From NCBI GenBank assembly GCA_000320545.1, contig ADNK01002544.1, positions 62,001 through 126,000 of the forward strand: a stretch of DNA of 64,000 nt, written 5' to 3'. The notes under the pieces are model-generated. The model did not search any database. It was not told the origin of the DNA and worked only from the letters and a program-made list of their open reading frames with translations. Below, one piece after another: positions 54,358-63,600 of this stretch. The stretch's first letter is position 1. Each line of letters begins with the position of its first letter. The position numbers and the translations under genes are program-made. Source of the stretch: Bigelowiella natans CCMP2755. Lineage: Eukaryota; Protista; Cercozoa.

Positions 54358-54769
54358 GAGGAAGTGGCACTTCGTCGTGTTCCCTTGCGGCCCAAGCACG
54401 CCAGGCGACGCACTTGCTGGTCAGAACCACGAGGCGTGCACACACAATGGCGTGGCTTCAGCGTCGTGGGTGTTTGCATTCGCACGTGCAGGTGGTGATG
54501 CGGTGTGCACCAACGTGGTCGTCGCTCAGACTTTCCTCCTGGAAAGCACACTCGTCAGGTTTGCACACTTTGGCTTCACTGTGCGGCTCCAAAAACGTGC
54601 CTTCCTGGCTGCAAGGACAAAACGGTGTGGGTGCTGCCTGCACAAGGCCGAATTGCCCCGAACCCTGAGAAGGTCGCTGCACTGCAACAGGCTCCTGTGC
54701 CCAAAAACGCAAAAAAAGTGAAGTCACTCCCACAAACAGCAGCGTGGACGCTGCGCAGGTCCGCTCCCA
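54358..54769 (+). pseudogene. Hypermutated Gypsy RT fragment (left part of the interrupted old copy)
   Basis: Aligns with 57673-58083: RKWHFVVFPCGPSTPGDALAGQNH...FARAGGDAVCTN vs RKWHFVVFPYGLSISGDAFSSQNY...FVYVDDDIICTN. Confidence 0.93.
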
Positions 54770-55095
54770 TGTAGCGCGTACCACTACGCGGGCACAAGTC
54801 ACGTGCGACAACAAAGGGGTTGTCGCGGATATAGAATATAGATAACGTAGATATTAATACAGCATAGGCACGTGGGTTCCGGCGGGACTCATGGCAGCAC
54901 ACCGGAAGTGTGCTGCCCCACGTGCGGCGGCATTCGCGAAAGCTTCGCGAATGATTACGCAGTGCACGATTTAATAAAAATATAATCTTTAATAAAAATA
55001 AACACAACTCTTCAAAAGGAAGCAAACGTGCCTTTCCCCCCCCCTGCCTACTTGTGCACGTAGCGCCTCGGCCTGTGAACACCTTACGCGCAACA
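54770..55095 (+). repeat. 5' LTR
   Basis: TGTAGCGCGTA...TACGCGCAACA (10/11 terminal inverted match), two AATAAA motifs; same sequence as 60160-60485. Confidence 0.97.
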
Positions 55096-55100
55096 ACCTT

Positions 55101-55118
55101 TGGCTTCCACACACGGGA
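55101..55118 (+). promoter_or_regulatory. Putative primer-binding site
   Basis: TGGCTTCCACACACGGGA starts 5 nt after the 5' LTR; TGG is complementary to tRNA CCA. The primer tRNA is not identified. Confidence 0.55.
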
Positions 55119-55134
55119 AACGATTTGACTAACA

Positions 55135-58100
55135 ATGTCACAGCAGCTAGAAGAACAGCAGGACTTTGGCTCGCAGGCCGTGCAAGGGCACGAGCAGAAA
55201 CAGGAAAGGAAGGGCGATACGGACGCTAAGGAAGGAGGAGGAACACCTCCACAGGCACCGCCGGGACCAGCACCCGGGATTAAGAAAGCAGATGCAGCAG
55301 CAGAGGCACTGGAGAACTTCTACGAGGCGGACGACGAGGACGTGGCCGCCGAAAGCAAGAAGGTCGTAATGGCATTACGAGCCTTGCGACCCAGGGCGAG
55401 CAACTACGCCAAACTGAAAGTATCGATAGAATACAAGTATCAGACACATGATGTTTGGGCAGCTATCATGCAGGACATCATGGATTACGAAGCAGACTTA
55501 CCTCCAGAGTGGGCAGCTTTGTTTAGGAACGACGGGGGTCTGGGCGCCTCGCGGGGGACGACCCAGAGCACCGTCAAGCAGCAGCAGCCGGTACAGCGGA
55601 ACACCCAGTTCATGTCTGTTAAAACAGCACCGGTTATGATAACGAAATACAACGGGAAAAGAGGTGAGGCAAGGAGGTGGTGGAAGAACGCTAGGAGTAT
55701 ACTCTGCGACTTTACCCCTAACCCCACCGAAAACGACAAGCTCAAATGGCTAGCTATAATAAAGCAAGCCATGGACCTTTACGAGACAGGCAGGACCCGG
55801 ATCAGGCAGCTAGAGAAAATACACACTACAGTTAGTGGGCTACGAGACGTTGAGGCGATAATGAAGGCTTTTGTAAATGAACAGGATGCTAACTCCCTAC
55901 CCCAGGCTATTAGAAAATACAGAGCAATGATGCAGCATGAGAGAGAACCTGTTAGAGACTTTGCCACGCGCTTCCAGGATATGATCGACGAACTACATGA
56001 TTTTAATTACAACACAGGTGATGATCAGGCAAGGTTTGAAGAGTTCAAGTTAAAGATAAAGGAATCCACTTACGTTACGGAGAAAGGCTACACCACGATG
56101 GAGGCAGCAGTGCAGGCTATATCCCTACGCGAGCAGGAGCAGGACCGCAAGTTTACCAGCCCTAAGGTACCTGGCATAGGAAACATTAACGCTATTAAGC
56201 CGCAGCGAGACTGGTACAAGGACAGGGAAGGTAACCGACGTTGCGGATACTGCTCACGTAAAGGGAAACACACCGCTAAAGACTGCAGAGACAGGAAAGA
56301 AGGACGACCCAGGATGACGATCAGGCAGCTCAACGAACACTACGAGAAGTTAAAGAGAAAGAAAGGCAGAGGACAAGGATATAACAACAGCAAATGGCAA
56401 GGCAGCAACAACGGGAAGAACAATAAATATAAGAACAAAAAGCAGAACAGTATCAATGCTATACAGCAGCAGATAAACGGAATATTAGATCACCTTAAGC
56501 AGGCGCCGACGAAGACAGCAATACCAGCAACGCAGGACCAAGACAAGCCCATGACCCTAGACGACATAAAGAACTTAGGAGTATGCAACATTAATGACGA
56601 AGACGCTAACAGGACTATCAAAGTTGCTATGACCAAGGTTAAAGTTAAAGACAGCTACGGAGACTACAAGAAACTACCTGCCCTTTGGGATAGTGGCAGC
56701 ATGCCGAAGTCCTTCATAAGCCTAAGCACAGTAAGAAGGTTAGGACTATTGGATCAAGTGACTAAGAAAGAACGTAAATATGCTCAAGCAGACGGAAGCT
56801 CTTCCATGAAGACCGTCGGTGAGCTAATGCTAAAGCTACAGATACCTGGCAGCGACGCGGAGACCCAAATCAAGACCCGAGTAGCCATGACTTTATCCAT
56901 GGAACTACTCCTCGGACAGGATGCCCTAGAAAAATTAGGGGGGATCATATCATTCTACAATCACAAGATATACTTTGCTAAGTTGCCAAAGAAGTCAGGC
57001 AGGACCATCAGCCAGAACATGATACGGCTTGACGAGTGGACCTCTGAGTCAAGCGTTAATGCGTTAGAGTTTATGGACCTAGCGGACAACAAGCTACCTA
57101 CACCTACCGAGCTACGGAAGAAGAACCCCGGCAAGACCATCCGACAGATAACGGAGCTACTGGACAAGACCCCCCCAGCTGATGATTGGGATATCGACAA
57201 AGGCAAAAAGTACATTAATAAAATATTAAACGAGAAGTACTCTGACATCACCAAGCCGACGACGAAGCCCTCCAGCAAGCTTACCCCAGTAAAGATCGAG
57301 CTAAAGAAGGGATACGAAGAGTGCATCATCAATGACCCAGAACATAGGCGACCGGAAGCGGACTGGGAAAAGATAGAGTGGCAGATCAATGAATGGGCAA
57401 AGGAAGGGAAGATAGAGCCAAGCAACTCACCATGGAACGTGAGACATGTGCTAGCTAAGAAACCTACTTACCCTTTCTTCCGCCTGGCGCACAACTTCAT
57501 CCGCCACAACCGAGTAATAAAGAGGATCCAGACACCTACACCAAGGATAGATGACGTTATTGAACACGTCATAGGATACAAATACTACTCTTCCCTAGAT
57601 AAAAATGAATCATACATGCAGACACCCATCCACAAAACCTCCCGCCCCATTACCGCGTTCTCCAGCAGGCACAGGAAGTGGCACTTCGTCGTATTCCCTT
57701 ACGGCCTAAGCATATCAGGGGATGCGTTCAGTAGTCAGAACTACAGGGCATACACACATGATGGGATGGCGTCTGTGTTGTGGGTGTTTGTGTTTGTGTA
57801 TGTGGATGATGACATAATATGTACCAACACAGTCGTCGCTCAGATCTTCCTCCTGGAAAATATATTTATTAGGTTTGCACACTTCGGTTTTACTATTAGA
57901 CTGCAGAAGTGTACATTCCTAGCTACAAGAATCAAGTGGTGTGGATATTACCTGGAGCAAGGCCGCATCACCCCAAACCCCGAGAAAGTAGCAGCACTAC
58001 AGCAAGCCCCTAAACCTAAGAATGCAAAGGAGTTAAAGTCATTCTTGCAGACTGCAGCTTGGATACTACGTAGGTTCTCCCCTACCTACGCTAGGACTGC

Positions 58101-60108
58101 AGCTGCTTTTACTACTGCTTACCGGAAGGAGAACTCTGTAGGCCTCAGCTTCGCTAAGGTGTGGGCCAAGGCTGGCCTTGATGCCCACTTCGATAACCTA
58201 ATAAAGTTATGCAGCAACACCCTATTGAATGCTAAGCTAGACACTACTAGACCAGCTACCCTATGGACAGACTGGTCTAAGCTAGGTATGGCTGCTGTAC
58301 TTACCCAAGACCAGCAGATCATACGGGTGTGGGGCAGGGCCTGCACAGCAGCTGAGGCCAAGTACAGCCCTACAAAAGGAGAGTATAAAGCCATGAGTGA
58401 GGCGCAGAGGAAACTAAGATACTACCTGCTGTCGGTGCCCAGCTTCACCTTAATGACTGACCACAAGCCCCTCCTAGGCATCGACCGCAAGCTCGAAGCG
58501 CCTAACGATGAGTATGCAGCTATGAGGGCGGACACGGAAGAGTTTAGGGACAAGAGGACAGTGGTCTACGCACCAGGAGACAAGCAGCTTGCTGACTATT
58601 TCAGCAGGCTGTTCGAAAAGAAAGTCCCTACCCAGGTCACCCCTATGGTTAACGCGATTACCTTCGAGGACGGCGACTTCCTGCCTGAGCCAGAGGAGCT
58701 CCAGCACCTTCAAGAACACCTGGATAAATACAAACACAAGCATGAGGTACTTAGTGATAGGATATATGTATACACTAATAATGTTAGGCGTACCTACGTG
58801 CCACGGCGGACCAGGGGAGCCCTTCTCTTTACCGCCCATGGACCTGCACACGTAGGAGAAAACCATATCACTGCTCTACTCTACCATTACTACTGGCCCT
58901 ACAAGCTAAAAGAGATAAGGACATACCTGCGTGGCTGCAGGTGCTCCAGCTTGAAGGCGGCAGGCGTCGCCACCAAGGAGTCCAGCAAGAGCCGTGCATC
59001 TAAGAAAATCAAAGCAAGGAACTTCTTAGATATCGTGCAAATTGATGTTTATAAGTACGATGGCTATCACTACCTTACCTTCGTTGATGTGGCCACTGGA
59101 AAGTGCTGGGTTAAAAAGATTATCAAGGTCAACGTTGCTAAGAAGAACAAAGGCTTATATAAGCAGAGGCTTACTAACTGCTACCGTACCTGGGAGTCTG
59201 AGCTCCAGGCTATCCCTGATGAAGTTAGCATAAACAAGATACCAAAGAAGTTACATGTGGATAATGAGACCTCTCTTCTACAGCTACCACACCCTAATAT
59301 TGATGCCTCACCTGTATACTATGCCCAGTCCAACTCCAAGGTAGAGCGACTCCACCGCACCTTGGCCAACCTAAGCAGGATAAATAGCACCACACCAGAC
59401 AAGATACAAGGGTTAGTAAACGACACCTTCACGTCTGGGGGAGGTATCAAGGATAAGGAGAGGGAAGAAGGCGACGACAACGACGACGATACCGAGAGCG
59501 AAGACGAGAAGGTCCCGTACGATGGCCGAGTTCTAAAGGAAGGACAGTATGTTAGGGCCAAGGTAAATCTGAGATCGAGAAATAAACAAGACCCCTTCTG
59601 GGGTGGCGTTGCAAAGGTTACCGAGAGGAAGGGGAGGAAGCAGTACTACATCTATGATGGGAACAGGGTCACCTTGCGCCACATCAGTCACCTAAAGAAT
59701 TATGATATCGGTGAGAAGCTCCTAGAGGATGTTAAAGTAAACCCTACTGTGTGGGAGCGAGCAATGCCTTGTTTAGGACCCCGACCTAAGTTCGATGTGG
59801 AATATGGAAACAATAAGGTCAGGGTGAACGACGATTGGCGCATGAAGATTGTCTATCTAGGCTACCCTGGATTACGAAATATGGAGAGGGTAGCTACGAA
59901 AATAAAGGACGGAAAATATCAGCTACTCTACCTAGCTGTTCCCGACTTACCCTTTGAGCACTGGTATAAGGTCCTGGGGGACCTTGATGCAGAGGGCTGG
60001 TATGGACACGAACCTAAGGACGAAGGTGAGTTCTGGGTAAGCGACAAAGGAGATAAGGTTAGAGAGGAATCTATTACCTGGTGGTTGGTGAAGTTCCGAA
60101 AGCGATGA
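55135..60108 (+). CDS. Gag-Pol polyprotein, 1657 aa: Gag with CCHC knuckle, aspartic protease, RT, RNase H, integrase, SH3-like tail, C-terminal adenine-MTase-like domain
   Basis: CGYCSRKGKHTAKDC; ALWDSGS; LLLGQD; SNSPWN; FPYG; YVDD; LWTDWS; TDHKPL; LADYFSR; H..H..YYWP; IDV..VDNE..SNSKVERLHRTL. The PR-RT-RH-IN order indicates Gypsy. Confidence 0.96.
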   Translation: MSQQLEEQQDFGSQAVQGHEQKQERKGDTDAKEGGGTPPQAPPGPAPGIKKADAAAEALENFYEADDEDVAAESKKVVMALRALRPRASNYAKLKVSIEYKYQTHDVWAAIMQDIMDYEADLPPEWAALFRNDGGLGASRGTTQSTVKQQQPVQRNTQFMSVKTAPVMITKYNGKRGEARRWWKNARSILCDFTPNPTENDKLKWLAIIKQAMDLYETGRTRIRQLEKIHTTVSGLRDVEAIMKAFVNEQDANSLPQAIRKYRAMMQHEREPVRDFATRFQDMIDELHDFNYNTGDDQARFEEFKLKIKESTYVTEKGYTTMEAAVQAISLREQEQDRKFTSPKVPGIGNINAIKPQRDWYKDREGNRRCGYCSRKGKHTAKDCRDRKEGRPRMTIRQLNEHYEKLKRKKGRGQGYNNSKWQGSNNGKNNKYKNKKQNSINAIQQQINGILDHLKQAPTKTAIPATQDQDKPMTLDDIKNLGVCNINDEDANRTIKVAMTKVKVKDSYGDYKKLPALWDSGSMPKSFISLSTVRRLGLLDQVTKKERKYAQADGSSSMKTVGELMLKLQIPGSDAETQIKTRVAMTLSMELLLGQDALEKLGGIISFYNHKIYFAKLPKKSGRTISQNMIRLDEWTSESSVNALEFMDLADNKLPTPTELRKKNPGKTIRQITELLDKTPPADDWDIDKGKKYINKILNEKYSDITKPTTKPSSKLTPVKIELKKGYEECIINDPEHRRPEADWEKIEWQINEWAKEGKIEPSNSPWNVRHVLAKKPTYPFFRLAHNFIRHNRVIKRIQTPTPRIDDVIEHVIGYKYYSSLDKNESYMQTPIHKTSRPITAFSSRHRKWHFVVFPYGLSISGDAFSSQNYRAYTHDGMASVLWVFVFVYVDDDIICTNTVVAQIFLLENIFIRFAHFGFTIRLQKCTFLATRIKWCGYYLEQGRITPNPEKVAALQQAPKPKNAKELKSFLQTAAWILRRFSPTYARTAAAFTTAYRKENSVGLSFAKVWAKAGLDAHFDNLIKLCSNTLLNAKLDTTRPATLWTDWSKLGMAAVLTQDQQIIRVWGRACTAAEAKYSPTKGEYKAMSEAQRKLRYYLLSVPSFTLMTDHKPLLGIDRKLEAPNDEYAAMRADTEEFRDKRTVVYAPGDKQLADYFSRLFEKKVPTQVTPMVNAITFEDGDFLPEPEELQHLQEHLDKYKHKHEVLSDRIYVYTNNVRRTYVPRRTRGALLFTAHGPAHVGENHITALLYHYYWPYKLKEIRTYLRGCRCSSLKAAGVATKESSKSRASKKIKARNFLDIVQIDVYKYDGYHYLTFVDVATGKCWVKKIIKVNVAKKNKGLYKQRLTNCYRTWESELQAIPDEVSINKIPKKLHVDNETSLLQLPHPNIDASPVYYAQSNSKVERLHRTLANLSRINSTTPDKIQGLVNDTFTSGGGIKDKEREEGDDNDDDTESEDEKVPYDGRVLKEGQYVRAKVNLRSRNKQDPFWGGVAKVTERKGRKQYYIYDGNRVTLRHISHLKNYDIGEKLLEDVKVNPTVWERAMPCLGPRPKFDVEYGNNKVRVNDDWRMKIVYLGYPGLRNMERVATKIKDGKYQLLYLAVPDLPFEHWYKVLGDLDAEGWYGHEPKDEGEFWVSDKGDKVREESITWWLVKFRKR

Positions 60109-60151
60109 AGGTCTAAGGGAATAAGGAAGGAAGGAAGGAGCAACGTGACTT

Positions 60152-60159
60152 GGGGGAGG
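60152..60159 (+). promoter_or_regulatory. Polypurine tract
   Basis: GGGGGAGG abuts the 3' LTR; a further purine-rich run lies at ~60115-60140. Confidence 0.85.
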
Positions 60160-60485
60160 TGTAGCGCGTACCACTACGCGGGCACAAGTCACGTGCGACA
60201 ACAAAGGGGTTGTCGCGGATATAGAATATAGATAACGTAGATATTAATACAGCATAGGCACGTGGGTTCCGGCGGGACTCATGGCAGCACACCGGAAGTG
60301 TGCTGCCCCACGTGCGGCGGCATTCGCGAAAGCTTCGCGAATGATTACGCAGTGCACGATTTAATAAAAATATAATCTTTAATAAAAATAAACACAACTC
60401 TTCAAAAGGAAGCAAACGTGCCTTTCCCCCCCCCTGCCTACTTGTGCACGTAGCGCCTCGGCCTGTGAACACCTTACGCGCAACA
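60160..60485 (+). repeat. 3' LTR
   Basis: Identical by eye to 54770-55095. Confidence 0.97.
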
Positions 60486-60650
60486 CCCACGTGCACAAGG
60501 ACTGCACCTGCCTTTCCAGCTTTGCTGCAGCTTGCCGAAAGGGAACTCCCTGAGCCTCAGCTTCGCCTGGGTGTGGGCTGAGGTTGACCTTGACACCCAC
60601 TTCAAGAACCCAACAAAGTTGTGCAAAGACACTCCGTTGAACGCAAAGCC
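60486..60650 (+). pseudogene. Hypermutated Gypsy RT-connection fragment (right part of the interrupted old copy)
   Basis: CCCACGTGCACAAGGACTGCA...GCCTCAGCTTCGCC..GGTGTGGGC...CCTTGACACCCACTTC...AAAGTTGTGCA aligns with 58081-58236 and resumes where 54358-54769 stops. Confidence 0.9.
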
Positions 60651-63600
60651 TGTTGGAGTGCTTTGCACTCAATGCGCGAAGTGCATGCTTGTGGCAGCAG
60701 TGGCAACGCCGGCGGGCGTTTGCAGGCTGCGACAAGCAGTGCAGAATGGGCTTCCAATGCAGGCAGGTTCTGTGCCTGCGACAAGGCAGGACAGTGCTCA
60801 TGTGCTGCATCAGCCATGTGCCAGCAAAGGAAGTGGGCGCGTCTTCCTTCCTTCTGCAGCACGATGTCATGCACGTAGTTCAGGTGATTTCGCCTGATGA
60901 CAGTTGACTTGGCACATGCATGTGAAAAGGTCCGAACTCATCAGAGAATCGAGGCAGCCGCTTGTGCAGCTGACCTCCCACCCTTCCTTCCTTCCTCCAT
61001 CTGACTGTGCCACTAGCCTGCATTCTGCACCGCGCCGCCCATTCACTTCTAACAGGTTGTGAGCCTACGCGGCTTCCGCCGCCCAGTTACGCCCAAAAAA
61101 AATTTGGCTCAAACAGTTCAGTCTAGTAGAACTGGTTTGAAGGTGCCACGATACGAACTTGGTCGGTGATGGTCGGATTGCTAGGTGCTGGTGCACCGAA
61201 AATCCAACCAGTCTGGAAAGAATGAATCTGTGTTGGAACAAAACGAAATGTGATTACCCATAACTCAAAAACAAAAATTTGCAACCAAGCAAAACAACTT
61301 AACAGAGGGGCAAAACTTAAAAAAAGTCAAATCGACCAACTGCAACAAGGAACAAATAGCAAACAAAAAAAGCGAAATTAAAATGTTCCCCATCAAACAC
61401 CAAAATGGAATCATAACCACAAAGTTGTTATGATCAAATTGGAACTCGAAAATGAAATTATAACCACTTGTGACCAAAAAGTTGTTGTTATGATCAAATT
61501 ACCCCTTGTTCCCTGGCAAGATTCCCATCCCAGGCATGTGCTATGAAACGAAATAGCGGGACACTGTTCTTCCCTGAAACAAATACCACAACGATCTAAT
61601 AAAAAAAAACAATGGTCTCATCTAGATCTTTACAGATCAAGGAAAGATTTACGAACCTTGAGAACACGACCGTAGCATCAGAATATTGTGCACATCGGAG
61701 AATGGTGGATCACGACAAGTAGCTGAACCACCATGCTCTCCCATGCTGTAACAATTACAGGGAATGAATGAGTGACACACACGACAAAATGATAGTCCAG
61801 CATGCAGAAATACGATTCAAGGATGTGCACTCATAAGTGAATCTAAGAAACGCATACCATATGACAGTGAAACGATTTGTGAATCTCTCGTACTTACTTG
61901 CACCATGCCAAATTCAAATGCATAAATTTTTCATAATGATGTAAACAAATCGAAAATGAAATTAATTCCAAGGAAAAGCATGCCAACCTGCGTTCGCTGC
62001 GGCCTGTAATGCCCGGAACGTGAGTGGTAAATCGCGGCTACCTGATGAACAAAGCAATTATTAACAGCCTCATGCCGACACTGTGATGAGCGCGATTTGC
62101 ATCACGGGGTTACAATTAAGAATCATGCACCGATTCACGACGCATACGTGCATTTTTTTTCCAGACAGTACCGCAATCATGATTGTGATATGCGGGCATG
62201 TGACCGCAAACACATGATACGAAAATAGACAACAAAATCACGGAGGTGCTGACAACACCTCCGATGTCGAAATCTCCATGCATGACAATGCATCCAATGT
62301 ACCTGCAGGGTTGCAGCGTCTTTACCGCTCGCAAGTCCTAGGTAACCTACATGAGGATGTTGAACGACGGTGAACTTACGACTTGACCTAAGGAATGGGG
62401 GTTCGACGCAAGCGCCTTCTTGCGAAAGAAGAATGTTGCATCGAATAAAATCAAAGCAATTACCTTGGAGATATCCCCGTTATTCGATGTCGATATTCAT
62501 AGTCCTCCTGTCAATTCCGACCTGTTAGAGGTCAATTAGTAAGAGTCAACATTAATACCGAAATCGATAATTGTGGTCTGTACCGGCTGGTGTCGGAAAC
62601 GAACCACGTAAGCTCTGAAGAACAATCGCTTACGCAGATGAAAAGGATCCTGAAAATAAAAAAAAAAACAATTGTTCAGCGCTATTGAGCAAACGAATAC
62701 CGCAGGTAATGCTATCGAATAATCGAAGGACGATACTCGTAGCAACATTACCGACTAACGAATATTGCGACTCGAGATTAAATGATGTTGATACAATCAA
62801 CATCATGCGATTGTGACAAAACAGAATTTCGGTATAGTCATATGTGACAAAATGTCATAGCTATCCTCCACGACCAGTCTGTGAGCACGGTCAACTATGT
62901 GGGACGACAATGCAAAAAGATAACAGTCAGGAAATGGGTAGGGAACAGAATGGAGACGTCCATTCTACCTCCACTTCATTAACTGACTGTGTTTCTAAAT
63001 TATAGATCCCGTGTGACTCCTAAGTAATTACCATGAACATGAAAATTGCAAATGAAGCGTTTAGTTGAAAGCACACACACGAACATATGACTCTCAAGCT
63101 CAATTATGAGAAGAGCATGTACCTCCGTCAGTGATGCTCCGAAGAACGGCCTCAACGAAATCTTAATGTCTTGTCTGCACGTTATAAAGATTTGCTAAGA
63201 GGCACAACGTAATAGTTGTGAATTACATTCACACAATTACCGCATAAGAGACGTATCGCTCTTACTCCATCCAGTCCTTCATAAATTAGCGGAATAATTT
63301 CACTCAAAACTTACAGATATTCATGCTCATATACAACCTTGTCAATGAGAAATAATTGGAAAGAAAATATTCAAAATGGAGATTAGACAACACACAAAGA
63401 TGTGTAACACGAAGAGTTGAAGATATATCACAATCACAAATTCGACTTAGGAGAAGATGTAGAATCTATCACGAGGAATGATACTCTACTATCTATAAAC
63501 TCGACAACAGGTTAGTCTACTTCGAAAATTGAAAACCACAGTATATATACTCGAAAACATAAAGGATGAAGCTAACTTTCACGTTTGGTCATCATACTAT

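Larger units (their letters stand above)
45990..54769. other. Hypermutated mosaic block of mobile/foreign DNA (RNR, Harbinger, tRNA, Gypsy fragments, unknown ORF remnants); continues at 60486-~61060
   Basis: By eye only one TpA (52737) between ~46570 and 54769. ORFs in all six frames lack Tyr. No (TA)n microsatellites and no obvious introns. Confidence 0.9.
54770..60485 (+). mobile_element. Intact, recently inserted Ty3/Gypsy LTR retrotransposon (5716 bp) with 4-bp TSD CCCA (54766-54769 / 60486-60489)
   Basis: Two 326-bp LTRs, TG...CA, identical by eye; PBS-like and PPT sites; a single Gag-PR-RT-RH-IN ORF. Confidence 0.97.

Noticed and set aside
46300-54769. Dozens of overlapping ORFs as real genes or bidirectional coding
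   Set aside because: Explained by loss of TAA/TAG. Only the RNR, Harbinger and Gypsy frames have recognisable motifs.
54358-54769. ADAR-type RNA editing fixed by reverse transcription
   Set aside because: Disfavoured: A>G and T>C are interleaved on one strand, a DNA transposon and intergenic DNA are hit, the effect crosses element boundaries, and CTAG (containing the ADAR-preferred UAG) is spared.
45990-54769. Classical RIP or CpG methylation decay
   Set aside because: Both produce C>T and increase TpA. Here TpA is lost and CpG is abundant.
54868-54925. Hammerhead ribozyme in the LTR (minus strand ...CATGAGTCC...GGAAC)
   Set aside because: Lacks the CUGANGA and GAAA core; kept only as a structured region.
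54358-58236. Diversity-generating retroelement (template/variable repeat pair with adenine mutagenesis)
   Set aside because: Changes are mainly transitions on both strands rather than A>N on one strand, the RT is Gypsy-type, and the pair is explained by nested insertion with a TSD.
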